Assembly: GCA_963827275.1 (NCBI GenBank)
Contig: CAWHAA010000005.1
Location: forward strand, 384,001-448,000
From: an uncultured Spirochaetota bacterium
GTDB lineage: Bacteria > Spirochaetota > UBA4802 > UBA5550
Direction: 5' to 3'
Length of the DNA stretch: 64,000 bases
Part shown: positions 32,746 to 42,837 of the stretch, piece after piece
How positions within the stretch are numbered: the first letter of the stretch is position 1
Layout of the letters: every line of letters begins with the position of its first letter
Translations under genes and position numbers: made by a program
Notes under the pieces: model-generated
Seen by the model: the letters and a program-made list of their open reading frames with translations, nothing else
The model's database searches: none
What the model was told of the DNA's origin: nothing

Positions 32746-33899
32746 AACCGCTCCGCCGCCGCTTCAAGGGTCTTCTCTTTTTTCGCAAAGCAGAACCGCA
32801 GCACCCTGTTATCGACCGCCCCGTGGTAGAACACGGAGGGCGGTATCGCCGCCACGCCGTGCTCCACGGTCATCCGCCGCGCGAACGCCGTGTCAGGCTC
32901 GTCCGTTATGGCGGAATAGTCGAGCATCTGGAAATAGGTCCCCCTGCTCGGGGCGCACCTGAAGCGCGACCCCCGTATGAGCGATATGAAATAATCGCGC
33001 TTCGCCTGGTAGAACGCGGGGAGCCCGAGGTATTTCTCCCTGCGCTCCATGTACTCGGCGAGGGCGCACTGCACCGGGGTGTTGCTGGTAAAGGTCAGGT
33101 ACTGGTGGATCTTGCGGAACTCGGCCGTGAGCGGCGCGGGCGCGCAGCAGTAGCCGATCTTCCACCCCGTGGCGTGGTAGGTCTTGCCGAACGAGCCGAC
33201 CACGAAGCTCCGCGCCGCGAGCTCCGGGTCCCGCGACATGCTCTCGTGACGGGCGCCGTCGAAGATGATATGCTCGTACACCTCGTCGCTGACGATGAAG
33301 GACCCGGTCCCCGAGACGACCTCCTTCAGGGCGTCGAGGTCCGCCGCGGAGAGTATCGCGCCGGCGGGATTGTGCGGCGAATTCAGCATGATGAGCCGCG
33401 TCCTCGGCGTGACCGCGTCCTTTACCATGTCCCAGTCGATCGAGTAATCGGGATAGCGGAGCGGGCAGTAGACCGGGACGCCCCCGGCGAGGGCTATCGC
33501 CGGCACGTAGGAATCGTACGCCGGTTCGAACACGATCGCCTCGTCGCCCGGGCCGACCACCGCGGTGATGGCTGCGTACAGGGCCTCGGTCGCGCCCGAG
33601 GTGACGGTGATCTCCTCCGCCGGGTCGTAGGAGGCGCCGTACAATGCTCCCGTCTTTTCCGATATCCGCTCGCGGAGCGCCATGACCCCCTGCATGGGGG
33701 CGTACTGGTTGTTCCCCTCCCGCATGTACCTGGCGACCAGGTCCACGAGCCCGTCGTCGACGTCGAAATCGGGGAACCCCTGCGAGAGGTTGATGGCGCC
33801 ATGCTCATTGGCGAGCCGGGTCATCACCGTGAAAATCGTCGTGCCGATATCGGGCAACTTCGACCGTATGTGCGGCGATGCCGCCGGGTGCCTTTTCAT
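32733..33899 (-). CDS. ybdL: Methionine/glutamine aminotransferase, PLP class I
   Basis: INLSQGFPDF, NSPHNP, DEVY, SFGKTYHATGWKIG. Confidence 0.88.
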   Translation of the reverse strand: MKRHPAASPHIRSKLPDIGTTIFTVMTRLANEHGAINLSQGFPDFDVDDGLVDLVARYMREGNNQYAPMQGVMALRERISEKTGALYGASYDPAEEITVTSGATEALYAAITAVVGPGDEAIVFEPAYDSYVPAIALAGGVPVYCPLRYPDYSIDWDMVKDAVTPRTRLIMLNSPHNPAGAILSAADLDALKEVVSGTGSFIVSDEVYEHIIFDGARHESMSRDPELAARSFVVGSFGKTYHATGWKIGYCCAPAPLTAEFRKIHQYLTFTSNTPVQCALAEYMERREKYLGLPAFYQAKRDYFISLIRGSRFRCAPSRGTYFQMLDYSAITDEPDTAFARRMTVEHGVAAIPPSVFYHGAVDNRVLRFCFAKKEKTLEAAAERLCAI

Positions 33900-35458
33900 T
33901 TCAGCCTGAACTCCCGTTTTACTTCCTCGTAGAGGTCCAGCTTCTTCACCTTTCCCACGGAATCAAGCGGCAGGTAATTCCTGACAATGATCTCCTCCGG
34001 GATCTTGTATTTTGCGAGCCTCCCCGAAAGGAACTCCTTTATCTCTTCTGTTATAAAAGCCGTCCCCGGCCGCGGCACGATATAGGCCCTGCCCGCCTCT
34101 CCCATGATCGCGTCCGGCCTGCCGACCACCGCGGCCAGGAGCACCGCCGGGTGGCCCGATAGCGCGGCCTCGACCTCGGGGGGATACACGCTCTCGCCGC
34201 CCCGGATGTACATCTCCGTTTTCCTGCCGCTCAGCACGAGGGACCCGTCATCCTCGAGCATGCCCATGTCGCCGGTATGAAAATATCCCGCGCCGTCAAA
34301 AGCGCTCTTGTTGTCCTCGGGCCGGTTCCAGTAGCCCTTCATCAACACCGGGCCGCGGACCGCAATCTCGCCGATCTGTCCCCGGGGGAGAACGGCGTTG
34401 TGCTCGTCCATGATCGCGATTTCGACCCCCGGCATCGGGAGCCCCGCCGTCTTCAGCAGCTTCACTTCCCCCTGTTCCTGACGGGTGAAGGTAATGGCGC
34501 CGCTCGTTTCCGTGAGGCTGTAGGCGTTCAGGGGCAGCACTCCCAGCCGGTCCTTTATCCGCCCGATCAGGTCGGGCGGGCACGATTGCCCCGAGACGAT
34601 CGCGATCTTCACGGAGGAGAGGTCGTACTTCGCCATGTTCGGGTTCAGAAGCTCGAGCACGTACTGCGCCGGCACCTGGCCGATGACTGCGATCTTTTCA
34701 CGCTCGATGATCTTCAGCGTCTCCTCCGGCACGAAGGAATCCATCAGCACGAGCCTGTTTCCCCTGTTGAGGCAGGACATCACCGCCATCACCGCGCCGC
34801 CGCTGTGATAGAGCGGCACGTTGAGGAGCAGGGAGTCGCCCGGCCCGATACCCGACGCGGCGATCATCCCCTCCGAGGAGGCCAGCAGGTTCCCGTGCGT
34901 GAGCATGGCCGCCTTCGGCGCGCCCGTGGTACCCGGCGTATAGAGCAACAGGACGGTGTCGCCGGGCGTGACGGCGCTCCCCGCCTTCGTGACCGGGCCG
35001 CCCGGCTCCCGGAGGAGATGCACGTAGGGGACCATGTCGTGCCCCGCGGCGTCCCCGCCGAGCAGCACGACGCGCCGGAGGCCGGGCGTTTCCGGCCGTA
35101 CCCGGTCAAGGTTGGCGATGAAATCGCCCCCTGAAAAGCCAGGCACCGTAAAGAGGACCGAGATCCCCGCATCATTGATGACGTACTGGATCTCGGGCGG
35201 CGTGAAGCGGCAGCTCACCGGCACCGCGATGGCCCCTATTTTCGCGGCCGCCATGTATATGAAGAGATATTCCGGCCTGCTGGGCATGTAAATTCCGACC
35301 CGGTCTCCCCGGGCAACGCCCATGTGAAGCAGCCCCGCAGCGATCCGGTCCGACTCCCGGTGGTAGGTGCCGTAATTCAAGCGCACCTCGCCGTACACGA
35401 TCGCCTCAGCGGACTGGTTCTCCGCCGCGTGCCGCTCCAGCAACTCACCGATGACCAT
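33896..35458 (-). CDS. AMP-forming acyl-CoA ligase with a variant P-loop
   Basis: YTPGTTGAPK, YSLTET, HTGD, GR, GKV. Confidence 0.85.
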   Translation of the reverse strand: MVIGELLERHAAENQSAEAIVYGEVRLNYGTYHRESDRIAAGLLHMGVARGDRVGIYMPSRPEYLFIYMAAAKIGAIAVPVSCRFTPPEIQYVINDAGISVLFTVPGFSGGDFIANLDRVRPETPGLRRVVLLGGDAAGHDMVPYVHLLREPGGPVTKAGSAVTPGDTVLLLYTPGTTGAPKAAMLTHGNLLASSEGMIAASGIGPGDSLLLNVPLYHSGGAVMAVMSCLNRGNRLVLMDSFVPEETLKIIEREKIAVIGQVPAQYVLELLNPNMAKYDLSSVKIAIVSGQSCPPDLIGRIKDRLGVLPLNAYSLTETSGAITFTRQEQGEVKLLKTAGLPMPGVEIAIMDEHNAVLPRGQIGEIAVRGPVLMKGYWNRPEDNKSAFDGAGYFHTGDMGMLEDDGSLVLSGRKTEMYIRGGESVYPPEVEAALSGHPAVLLAAVVGRPDAIMGEAGRAYIVPRPGTAFITEEIKEFLSGRLAKYKIPEEIIVRNYLPLDSVGKVKKLDLYEEVKREFRLK

Positions 35459-35485
35459 TGATCGTCCTCCCCATTCTGTCCCGCG

Positions 35486-38125
35486 CTACCCTTTCAGGTG
35501 CACCCGCACCTCGAACCCGCCGCCCTCGCGGTTGCCGGCGAAAAAGTCGGCGCCGATGATGCCGGCGCGGTACCTCATGATGCGCAGCCCGAGCCCGGTG
35601 TTCTTTTTCTCCTGCATACCCACGCCGTCGTCGAGGACCGACATCTTGATCCCCTCGCTGTTCGCGACCAGGTGGATATGGATGCTTGCGGCCTTCCCGT
35701 GCTTGATCGAATTCGTCACCGCCTCGCGCGCGATGTAGAACAGGTGGGTCGCCGCCTGGTTGTCGTCGACCAGGAACACCCCGTCCTGGTATATCCTGCA
35801 TGACACGTTGAATATCTTCTCGGTGGTTGCCGCCATCTCGTCGAGCGCCGAGCGGAGGCCGTTTTTCTCCATTTCAACGGGGCTCAGCATGCGCGAAAGG
35901 CTCCGCGTCTGCACGATCGCGTCGCGTATCAGGCTCTCGATATGCTCGATATCCGGGATGCCCGCATCGAACCGGTCCTGCGTCTTCTCCTTGAGCGCCT
36001 CGATCAGGAAGGTGACGGCGGTGAGGTTCTGGCCCAGGCCGTCGTGCAGGTCCTGCCCGATCCTCTGCCGCTCGATCTCGGCGATGCGCATGATCCCGTC
36101 CTGGAGGTTGCGCATCTCCGTGATGTTGGTGAAATTCTCGATTATGCCGATGACGCTTCCGTCCCTGGAAAAATAGGGTGACGCGTTCACGATAAAGATG
36201 ACGTCCTCGTCCCGGACCCGCGTCCGTATCTCGTATTCCACGTATTTCCTGCCCTTCAGGATGCGCCGCATCAGGATGCGGTCCGCCTTGACCAGCTCGC
36301 GGTCCCACTCGGCCTGCCCGGTCCGCGGAAAATGCCTGACGTCCAGGTCGAACATCTCCATGAACCGCCGGTTCATGTGGATGAGGGCGAAATTCCGGTC
36401 GATGACGCGCATCCCGACCGGCGTCGAGTTGAATATCTGCTCCAGCTCGATATAGGCCTTGACCTTCTCCTCCTCCGCCCTCTTCCGCTCGGTCATGTCC
36501 TGCAGCGTCTCAATGGCGCCGATGATCGTCCCGTCGACGTCGCGGAGGAGGGCCGCGGTGAAGAAGAGCCACCTCCCGCCGTCGCTGAGCAGCGGGAAAA
36601 AACGCTCGCTTTCGCCCGCTTCCCCGAGCACCGGCGACTGCCGGAACCCGCTATCATATTTTTCCGCCTGTCCCGGGTCGAGCACGCGGTTGATGATGAT
36701 ATCGGCCATGGTGGGCCGCTGCTCCTCGTTAAAGGGCTCCCAGTGCCTGCCCGTGCCGATCATCTCCTCGGAGAGGCGCCCGGTGAGGACCTCGCACGCG
36801 CGGTTCCAGTGGGTCACGACGTGGTTCTCGTCGATGACGAAGGTGGGGATGGGGCTCCCCTCGATGATCTGCGAGAGGAGCCGCCTGCTCCTCCGGAGGG
36901 CGATGTCGGCGTTCTTCTGCTCGGTGATGTCATTGAGGAACCCCTCCACCCCGACGATCTCGCCGTGGTGGTACAGGGGCTGGCTGTAAAAGGTCTGGTA
37001 GGCGATGCTGCCGTCCTTCCGCCGCGTGCTGAACTCTCCCCGCACCGTCTCGCCGGCGAGGACCCGCCCGGTCTGCGCCTCGATCTCCCGCTTTCCCTCC
37101 AGCGACTGGATGATCGCGATATGCTTTCCCACCACGTCCGCGCCGGAAAAGCCGAGCATACGCTCCAGCTCGGGGTTAACGTAGGCGATCAATCCCTCCC
37201 GGTCGATGCGGTAGTACCCGAAGGGGGCGTTCTCAATGATGGTGCGGAAGCGCTCCTCGCTCTCCTGCAGCTCCTCCAGGGTGGCCTCATGCTCTCCCCT
37301 GAGCCGTATGCCGCCCAGCGCGTACTCGATGTCGTCGGCGATGTCCTCGAACAGCACCTGCTCGTCGCGGTCAGCGATGAGCTCCTCGGCCATCGACACC
37401 GAGAGTATCCCCCTGAGGTTCCCTCCCGGGTTGATGCCGATGGTCATCCGTCCCTTGTCGTCATACTGGTCCGCCAGGGGGCACCCGGCGCAGTCGACCC
37501 CCGGGTCCCTGGTGATGATAAGGCCCGTGCGGTACACCGAGCGCTGGACGCACACCGGCAGCGTGCCGTTCGTGAGCATGTCCGTCATCGGGTGGAACTT
37601 CTCGCCGAGGCCCGACTCCGCCGCGTACAGGAGACGCGAATTATCATCCACTATCGCGATCCATGCGTAAAAATAGCTCCTGCTTTTCACCAGGTTGTCG
37701 CAGATGCCCTTCATGAGCCGGTACAGGTCTTTCTCTTTGGTGATGAGGTGGTTTATTTCGCGTATGGAACGCAGCACAAGGTTGAAGTGCCGCATCCGTT
37801 CCTGCGCCTTTTTGATCCGCTCGCTCAGGTAGGCGACGACGACGGAGATGACGATGAACATGAGGGCACGGATGTAGTCGTCCGCGGTGGGATAATACTG
37901 CTTCAGGATCAGGTGCGCGATCACCAGCGCCGCCGAGAGTATCACCGCCACCGGAACGCCCCGCCTGCCCCACCAGAGGGAGGCCAGTATTATCGGGATA
38001 TAGAAGAAATGCGTGAAAACGGATCCGACATGAAGCATGCCGTAAAAAATCACGATGAACGAGAGGGAGATCAGGACCAGGATCGTAATTACAACAGGCC
38101 TGCTCCGGGAAAAAATCCTATCCAT
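35486..38125 (-). CDS. Membrane GAF/PAS sensor histidine kinase (HisKA_3)
   Basis: N-terminal TM helices, PAS domains, ERQRIGQDLHD, DDGVG, GLGL. Confidence 0.9.
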   Translation of the reverse strand: MDRIFSRSRPVVITILVLISLSFIVIFYGMLHVGSVFTHFFYIPIILASLWWGRRGVPVAVILSAALVIAHLILKQYYPTADDYIRALMFIVISVVVAYLSERIKKAQERMRHFNLVLRSIREINHLITKEKDLYRLMKGICDNLVKSRSYFYAWIAIVDDNSRLLYAAESGLGEKFHPMTDMLTNGTLPVCVQRSVYRTGLIITRDPGVDCAGCPLADQYDDKGRMTIGINPGGNLRGILSVSMAEELIADRDEQVLFEDIADDIEYALGGIRLRGEHEATLEELQESEERFRTIIENAPFGYYRIDREGLIAYVNPELERMLGFSGADVVGKHIAIIQSLEGKREIEAQTGRVLAGETVRGEFSTRRKDGSIAYQTFYSQPLYHHGEIVGVEGFLNDITEQKNADIALRRSRRLLSQIIEGSPIPTFVIDENHVVTHWNRACEVLTGRLSEEMIGTGRHWEPFNEEQRPTMADIIINRVLDPGQAEKYDSGFRQSPVLGEAGESERFFPLLSDGGRWLFFTAALLRDVDGTIIGAIETLQDMTERKRAEEEKVKAYIELEQIFNSTPVGMRVIDRNFALIHMNRRFMEMFDLDVRHFPRTGQAEWDRELVKADRILMRRILKGRKYVEYEIRTRVRDEDVIFIVNASPYFSRDGSVIGIIENFTNITEMRNLQDGIMRIAEIERQRIGQDLHDGLGQNLTAVTFLIEALKEKTQDRFDAGIPDIEHIESLIRDAIVQTRSLSRMLSPVEMEKNGLRSALDEMAATTEKIFNVSCRIYQDGVFLVDDNQAATHLFYIAREAVTNSIKHGKAASIHIHLVANSEGIKMSVLDDGVGMQEKKNTGLGLRIMRYRAGIIGADFFAGNREGGGFEVRVHLKG

Positions 38126-38221
38126 CTGGCGGGGGCCCCTGAACTATACAAACATTTTGTAATGAACAATACGTATCAGGGAAAGGATAAGTCAAGAGAT
38201 ATTCGGCGTGCGGCCATGCAT

Positions 38222-38465
38222 AAAAAAAGTCCGCTCCCTTGCCGACTGGAGGCGTGCGGCCAGGGGCGGACTGATCACACATGCAGAACCTATTAAGGAA
38301 GGATTTCGTTCAATCGGATCATGCCGCTTGTGGCGGCAGGGCCCAACTGCGTTATTAGTTCACCTCTCATCTATGATCGCGGCAAAAGACCACGCAGGGC
38401 TGGGAGACTCCATTCACATAGGGGGGGGGGAAGAAGCGTCCGTCATCTCCCAGCCCGGGTCTTTC
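38222..38465 (-). ncRNA. Candidate multi-hairpin small RNA ending in a terminator
   Basis: Three long hairpins with pyrimidine-rich loops; final stem followed by T7 on the minus strand. Confidence 0.35.
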
Positions 38466-38812
38466 TATCTTAACTAATTCCATGCGGTTTCCCGCAGGGA
38501 ACGTGATATACCGAGCGATCTCATTCATGAAATCCCCCGCGCGGGCGATTTCACGGGCCAATTCCAGAAAAACCATCCTGATAACGAGTAGCATCAATCA
38601 TTTCTCCTGCTTATAATAAACAGCAAAGAGAAGCCCCGGTCAATCCCCGATACCGGGTAAAATATCATAGCGTATTACGGGGTGATCCGCTATCACGGTT
38701 TCAATGATGCGGGCCGCTGAAACCGTCCTTTTGGACGGAGTGATTATTTCTTGACAAGTTCCCCGCTGATGAGCTCTTATTTACAACAAATTTCAACATG
38801 GATTATCATACT

Positions 38813-39652
38813 ATGAATAAAATAATCGAAAAAGAGTTCCTGTCTCCCCTGGTGTTCCGCATGAAGGTGGAAGCGCCGGAGATAGCCAGGAAGAGAAAGG
38901 CCGGGCAGTTCATCATACTTCGCGTCAGCGATGCGGGCGAGCGCATTCCCCTCACCATAGCGGACGCGGACCCCGAAAAAGGATGGATCGAGCTCGTGGT
39001 GCAGGCCGTCGGCAAAACCACGAAAGAGCTTTCAGCGCTCGGCCCCGGAGACGCGCTCCACGACCTGGCGGGCCCCCTGGGCCGCCCCACCCACATAGAA
39101 AAGCGCGGCACCGTGGTGATGGTGGGCGGCGGCATAGGGATCGCGCCGGCGCACCCGATCGCACAGGCGATGAAAGCGGCCGGGAACCATGTCATCTCCA
39201 TCCTGGGCGGCCGCACGAAGGAGCTCGTCATAATGGAAGACCGTATGCGGGCGGCGAGCGACGAGGTGATCATCATGACCGACGACGGCTCGTACGGCAC
39301 GAAGGGCCTCGTGACCGACGCCATCCAGAAGCTGATCGACGGCGGCACGAAAATAGACGAGGTGATCGCCATCGGCCCGCCGGTGATGATGAAATTCGTG
39401 AGCCTGCTCACGAAAAAATACAGCATACCCACCCTGGTGAGCCTGAACACGATAATGATCGACGGCACCGGCATGTGCGGCGGCTGCCGCGTGAGCGTCG
39501 GCGGCGAATCGAAGTTCGTCTGCGTCGACGGCCCCGAGTTCGACGGCCACCTGGTGAACTTCGACGAGATGATGCAGCGCCTGTCGATGTACGGCGACAT
39601 GGAGAAGGAATCGGCCGACCACGCCTGCAAGATCGGGCTGGATCGAAAATAA
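38813..39652 (+). CDS. nfnA: NfnA (small subunit of the bifurcating transhydrogenase)
   Basis: GERIPLT, GPLG, GGGIG, DGTGMCGGCR, CVDGPEF. Confidence 0.9.
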   Translation: MNKIIEKEFLSPLVFRMKVEAPEIARKRKAGQFIILRVSDAGERIPLTIADADPEKGWIELVVQAVGKTTKELSALGPGDALHDLAGPLGRPTHIEKRGTVVMVGGGIGIAPAHPIAQAMKAAGNHVISILGGRTKELVIMEDRMRAASDEVIIMTDDGSYGTKGLVTDAIQKLIDGGTKIDEVIAIGPPVMMKFVSLLTKKYSIPTLVSLNTIMIDGTGMCGGCRVSVGGESKFVCVDGPEFDGHLVNFDEMMQRLSMYGDMEKESADHACKIGLDRK

Positions 39653-39707
39653 TCCCCCGCCCCCCTCCCATCAAGGGAGGGGGTGAGCTAATACAAGGAA
39701 TTAAATC

Positions 39708-41148
39708 ATGGAACGAAAAGAGCTCACCAACAAGGAACGCCTGGCGATACCGCCGCAGAAGATGCCGGAACAGGACCCGAAGGCGCGGATCCGCAACGTG
39801 AACGAGGTGCCCATCGGCTATACCGCCGAGCAGGCGATAGAGGAGGCGAACCGCTGCCTCCAGTGCAAGAACGCCCCCTGCGTCAAGGGGTGCCCGGTGG
39901 AGATCGACATCCCGGGCTTCATCAGGCAGATCACCGAGGGTGACTTCCGCGGCGCGATAAACACCATAAAGATAACCAGCGTCCTTCCCGCCGTGTGCGG
40001 GCGGGTGTGCCCGCAGGAGGAGCAGTGCCAGGCCCCCTGCACCGTGGGCAAGAGCCTGAAGTCGGTGGACAGGGCCGTGCAGATCGGCAAGCTCGAGCGC
40101 TTCGTCGCCGACCGTGAGATGGCCCAGGGCCAGTCGGAGACCCCGGAGATAAAGCCGGAGACCGGGAAAAAGATCGCCATCATCGGGTGCGGCCCGGCCG
40201 GCATCACCGTGGCGGCCGACTGCCGGCGCGAGGGGCACCGGGTGACCATCTTCGAGGCCCTGCACAAGCCGGGCGGGGTGCTGGCCTACGGCATCCCCGA
40301 GTTCCGCCTCCCCAAGAAAATCGTGGGGCGCGAGGTGGACAACCTGGTGCGGATGGGCGTCGAGGTGAAGACCAACATGGTGATCGGCAAGATCGCCACC
40401 ATCGACGAGCTCATGGAGGAGCAGGGATACGACGCGGTGTTCGTGGGCACCGGCGCCGGCCTGCCGATGTTCCTGAACATACCGGGCGAGAACCTGAACG
40501 GCGTCTATTCCGCCAACGAGTACCTGACCAGGGCGAACCTGATGCAGGCCTACTCCTTCCCGAACACGGACACGCCGATTGCGCGCTCGAAAAACGTGGC
40601 GGTGTTCGGCGGCGGCAACGTGGCCATGGACTCGGCCCGGACCGCGCTGCGCCTCGGCGCGGACAACGTGTACCTGATGTACCGCCGGTCGCGCGAGGAG
40701 ATGCCGGCCCGGAAGGAAGAGAGTACACCACGCCGAGGAGGAAGGCGTGCAGATGATGTACCTCCAGAACCCGACCCGCTTCATCGGCAACGAAAAGGGC
40801 TGGGTCACCGGCGTGGAATGCCTCCGCATGGAGCTTGGCGAGCCGGACGATTCGGGCCGCCGCCGGCCCGTCGCGGTCAAGGGGAGCGAATTCATGACCG
40901 AGGTCGACACCTGCATCGTGGCGATCGGGAACGCGTCGAACCCGTTGATCCCCCAGACCTCGCCGGACATCACAACCACGAAATGGGGCAACATCATCGT
41001 TGACGAAGGCTCCCTCAAGACCTCGAAGAAGGGCGTCTTCGCCGGCGGCGACATCGTCCTGGGCGCGGCCACGGTCATCCTGGCCATGGGCCAGGGCCGC
41101 AAGGCGGCGAAGGCGATCAACGAGTACCTGGCGACCGGGGCCTGGTAG
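39708..41148 (+). CDS. nfnB: NfnB (large subunit), frameshift near 40720
   Basis: RCLQC..PCVKGCP, CGRVCPQE, GPAG, YGIPEFRL, GGGNVAMD, AGGD..GAATV. Confidence 0.9.
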
Positions 41149-41154
41149 GAGGGA

Positions 41155-41370
41155 ATGATGAAATTTTTACTCTGGTTCATACTGCTGTTCCTGTGCTGGC
41201 CCCTCGCACTCCTCGCGCTCATCCTGTACCCGATCATATGGCTGGTCCTTCTTCCTTTCAGGATCATCGGCGTGGCGGTGGATGGCGTGCTCGGGCTCAT
41301 CAAATCGATACTGTTCCTGCCCGCCCGGATTTTGCGGGGGCCGGACAGGTTCCGGGAAACTAAGAGATAA
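41155..41370 (+). CDS. Small hydrophobic membrane protein
   Basis: GGAGG RBS; highly hydrophobic 71 aa. Confidence 0.6.
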   Translation: MMKFLLWFILLFLCWPLALLALILYPIIWLVLLPFRIIGVAVDGVLGLIKSILFLPARILRGPDRFRETKR

Positions 41371-41394
41371 AATTCTTTTCTATATTTTTATCAG

Positions 41395-41523
41395 GAGCCG
41401 GGAGTCGTCCCGGCGAGCAGGCGACACGGAGGTCGACGTTTCCGCCGAGTCAATCCCGATTCATTAAAAAGATAAATGAAATCGGGATTATACGAGGCGG
41501 ACGAGCGGGATGGCTCCCGGCTC
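41395..41523. repeat. Long palindromic intergenic element (MITE/REP-like)
   Basis: GAGCCGGGAGTCGTCCCG pairs with CGGGATGGCTCCCGGCTC; inner AATCCCGATT/AATCGGGATT. Confidence 0.6.
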
Positions 41524-41661
41524 AAAACGAAATTACCGAAGAAGATTCTACTTGACTCGCCTTCCATTAATATAATAATCGAATACTATCCGATGCATCG
41601 GGTACCGGCCGCTCCGGAATAGTACCCGCCATCAAGGTTAACATTCAGCGAGGATAAACAT

Positions 41662-42822
41662 ATGGCAGAACCGACCCATACCGAACAAACCTACCGCAAG
41701 GCGGCGGAACTGATCGCGCGGGCGGGGATCGTCCCGTTCCAGGTCACGAACACGCTCGTCGAAATCGTGAAGTTCTACCTTGACGAGAGCGACGCGGACT
41801 TTATTATTAAAAACTTCAGCGGCAAGAAGACCCTGTCGGCGGCGGAGATCCGCGCGACATCCGGCATGACTGACGGCGAGATCGGGAACAAAACCGCGTC
41901 GCTGGCAAAAAAGGGTATCATCTTCAACCAGCCGAACACGAAGGGCGAGATGGTGTACCGGCTCCTGCCCCTCATCATCGTCGGGACCTTCGAGTACACC
42001 TTCATGAAGCAATTGCCGAGAGACGAAAAGATAAAGGACTACGAGAAAATCGCGAAGCTCTACCAGACCCTCCTGGGCGAGCTGCGGGACATGATACAGG
42101 GCAACTACGACAACCTCCTCCCGATCTTCAACATGCAGCCCCCGGTGGACCGCACCGTCCCGGTATTCACCACCGAGACCGGGAAGAGCATAAAGATCAT
42201 CGTCAACGAGCCGGTCAGCCGGGAAGAGCACATCGTGCCGTCACAGACTGTGGAGGAAATAATCGCCAAGTACGAGGACATCGCCGTGGGCCATTGCTTT
42301 TGTCGGAACTACACGAAAGTGCTCGGTCACACCTGCGCGACGGACGCTCCCTCGGAGGTCTGCTTCACCTTCGGCAAATCGGCCCGTCACACCGTCACAC
42401 AGGGCTTCGCGCGCAAGGTCACGAAGGAGGAGGCGCTGAAGATCATGCGCGAGACAGAAGAAGCGGGCCTGGTGCACAAGGCCTTCCACAATGGCTCCAA
42501 CATCGAGAAGGAGGAGAACAGCATCTGCAACTGCTGCAAGGATTGCTGCGACACCTTCACCCTGTGGCGGAGCGGCGCCACACCCATGGTGAACTCGACC
42601 ATGTACCTCTCGGTAATTGACCCGGTGTCGTGCACCGGCTGCGGGATCTGCGTGGAGCGCTGCCCCGTGGACGCGATCGCCATGAGCGACGACGGCATCG
42701 CGGTGCGCGAGGAGAAATACTGCATCGGCTGCGGCGTGTGCGCCCGCTTCTGCCCGGCAGACGCCATCTCGCTCCAGGAAGGCATGCGGCGCGTGTGCGT
42801 GCCGCCCCCGCGGCTGCGGTGA
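41662..42822 (+). CDS. 4Fe-4S protein with an N-terminal wHTH-like region
   Basis: CFCR, C, ICNCCKDCC, CTGCGICVERCP, CIGCGVCARFCP. Confidence 0.85.
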   Translation: MAEPTHTEQTYRKAAELIARAGIVPFQVTNTLVEIVKFYLDESDADFIIKNFSGKKTLSAAEIRATSGMTDGEIGNKTASLAKKGIIFNQPNTKGEMVYRLLPLIIVGTFEYTFMKQLPRDEKIKDYEKIAKLYQTLLGELRDMIQGNYDNLLPIFNMQPPVDRTVPVFTTETGKSIKIIVNEPVSREEHIVPSQTVEEIIAKYEDIAVGHCFCRNYTKVLGHTCATDAPSEVCFTFGKSARHTVTQGFARKVTKEEALKIMRETEEAGLVHKAFHNGSNIEKEENSICNCCKDCCDTFTLWRSGATPMVNSTMYLSVIDPVSCTGCGICVERCPVDAIAMSDDGIAVREEKYCIGCGVCARFCPADAISLQEGMRRVCVPPPRLR

Positions 42823-42837
42823 GGCGGGCCGGCCGCG

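Noticed and set aside
36332..38296. Long antisense ORFs (also 39408-41303, 46551-48242, 49294-51060, 62585-63922)
   Set aside because: Shadow frames of high-GC genes with clear motifs on the opposite strand
38222..38610. tmRNA, RNase P RNA or 6S RNA
   Set aside because: Lacks tRNA-like ends and GAGGAAAGTCC; the central hairpin is too short for 6S
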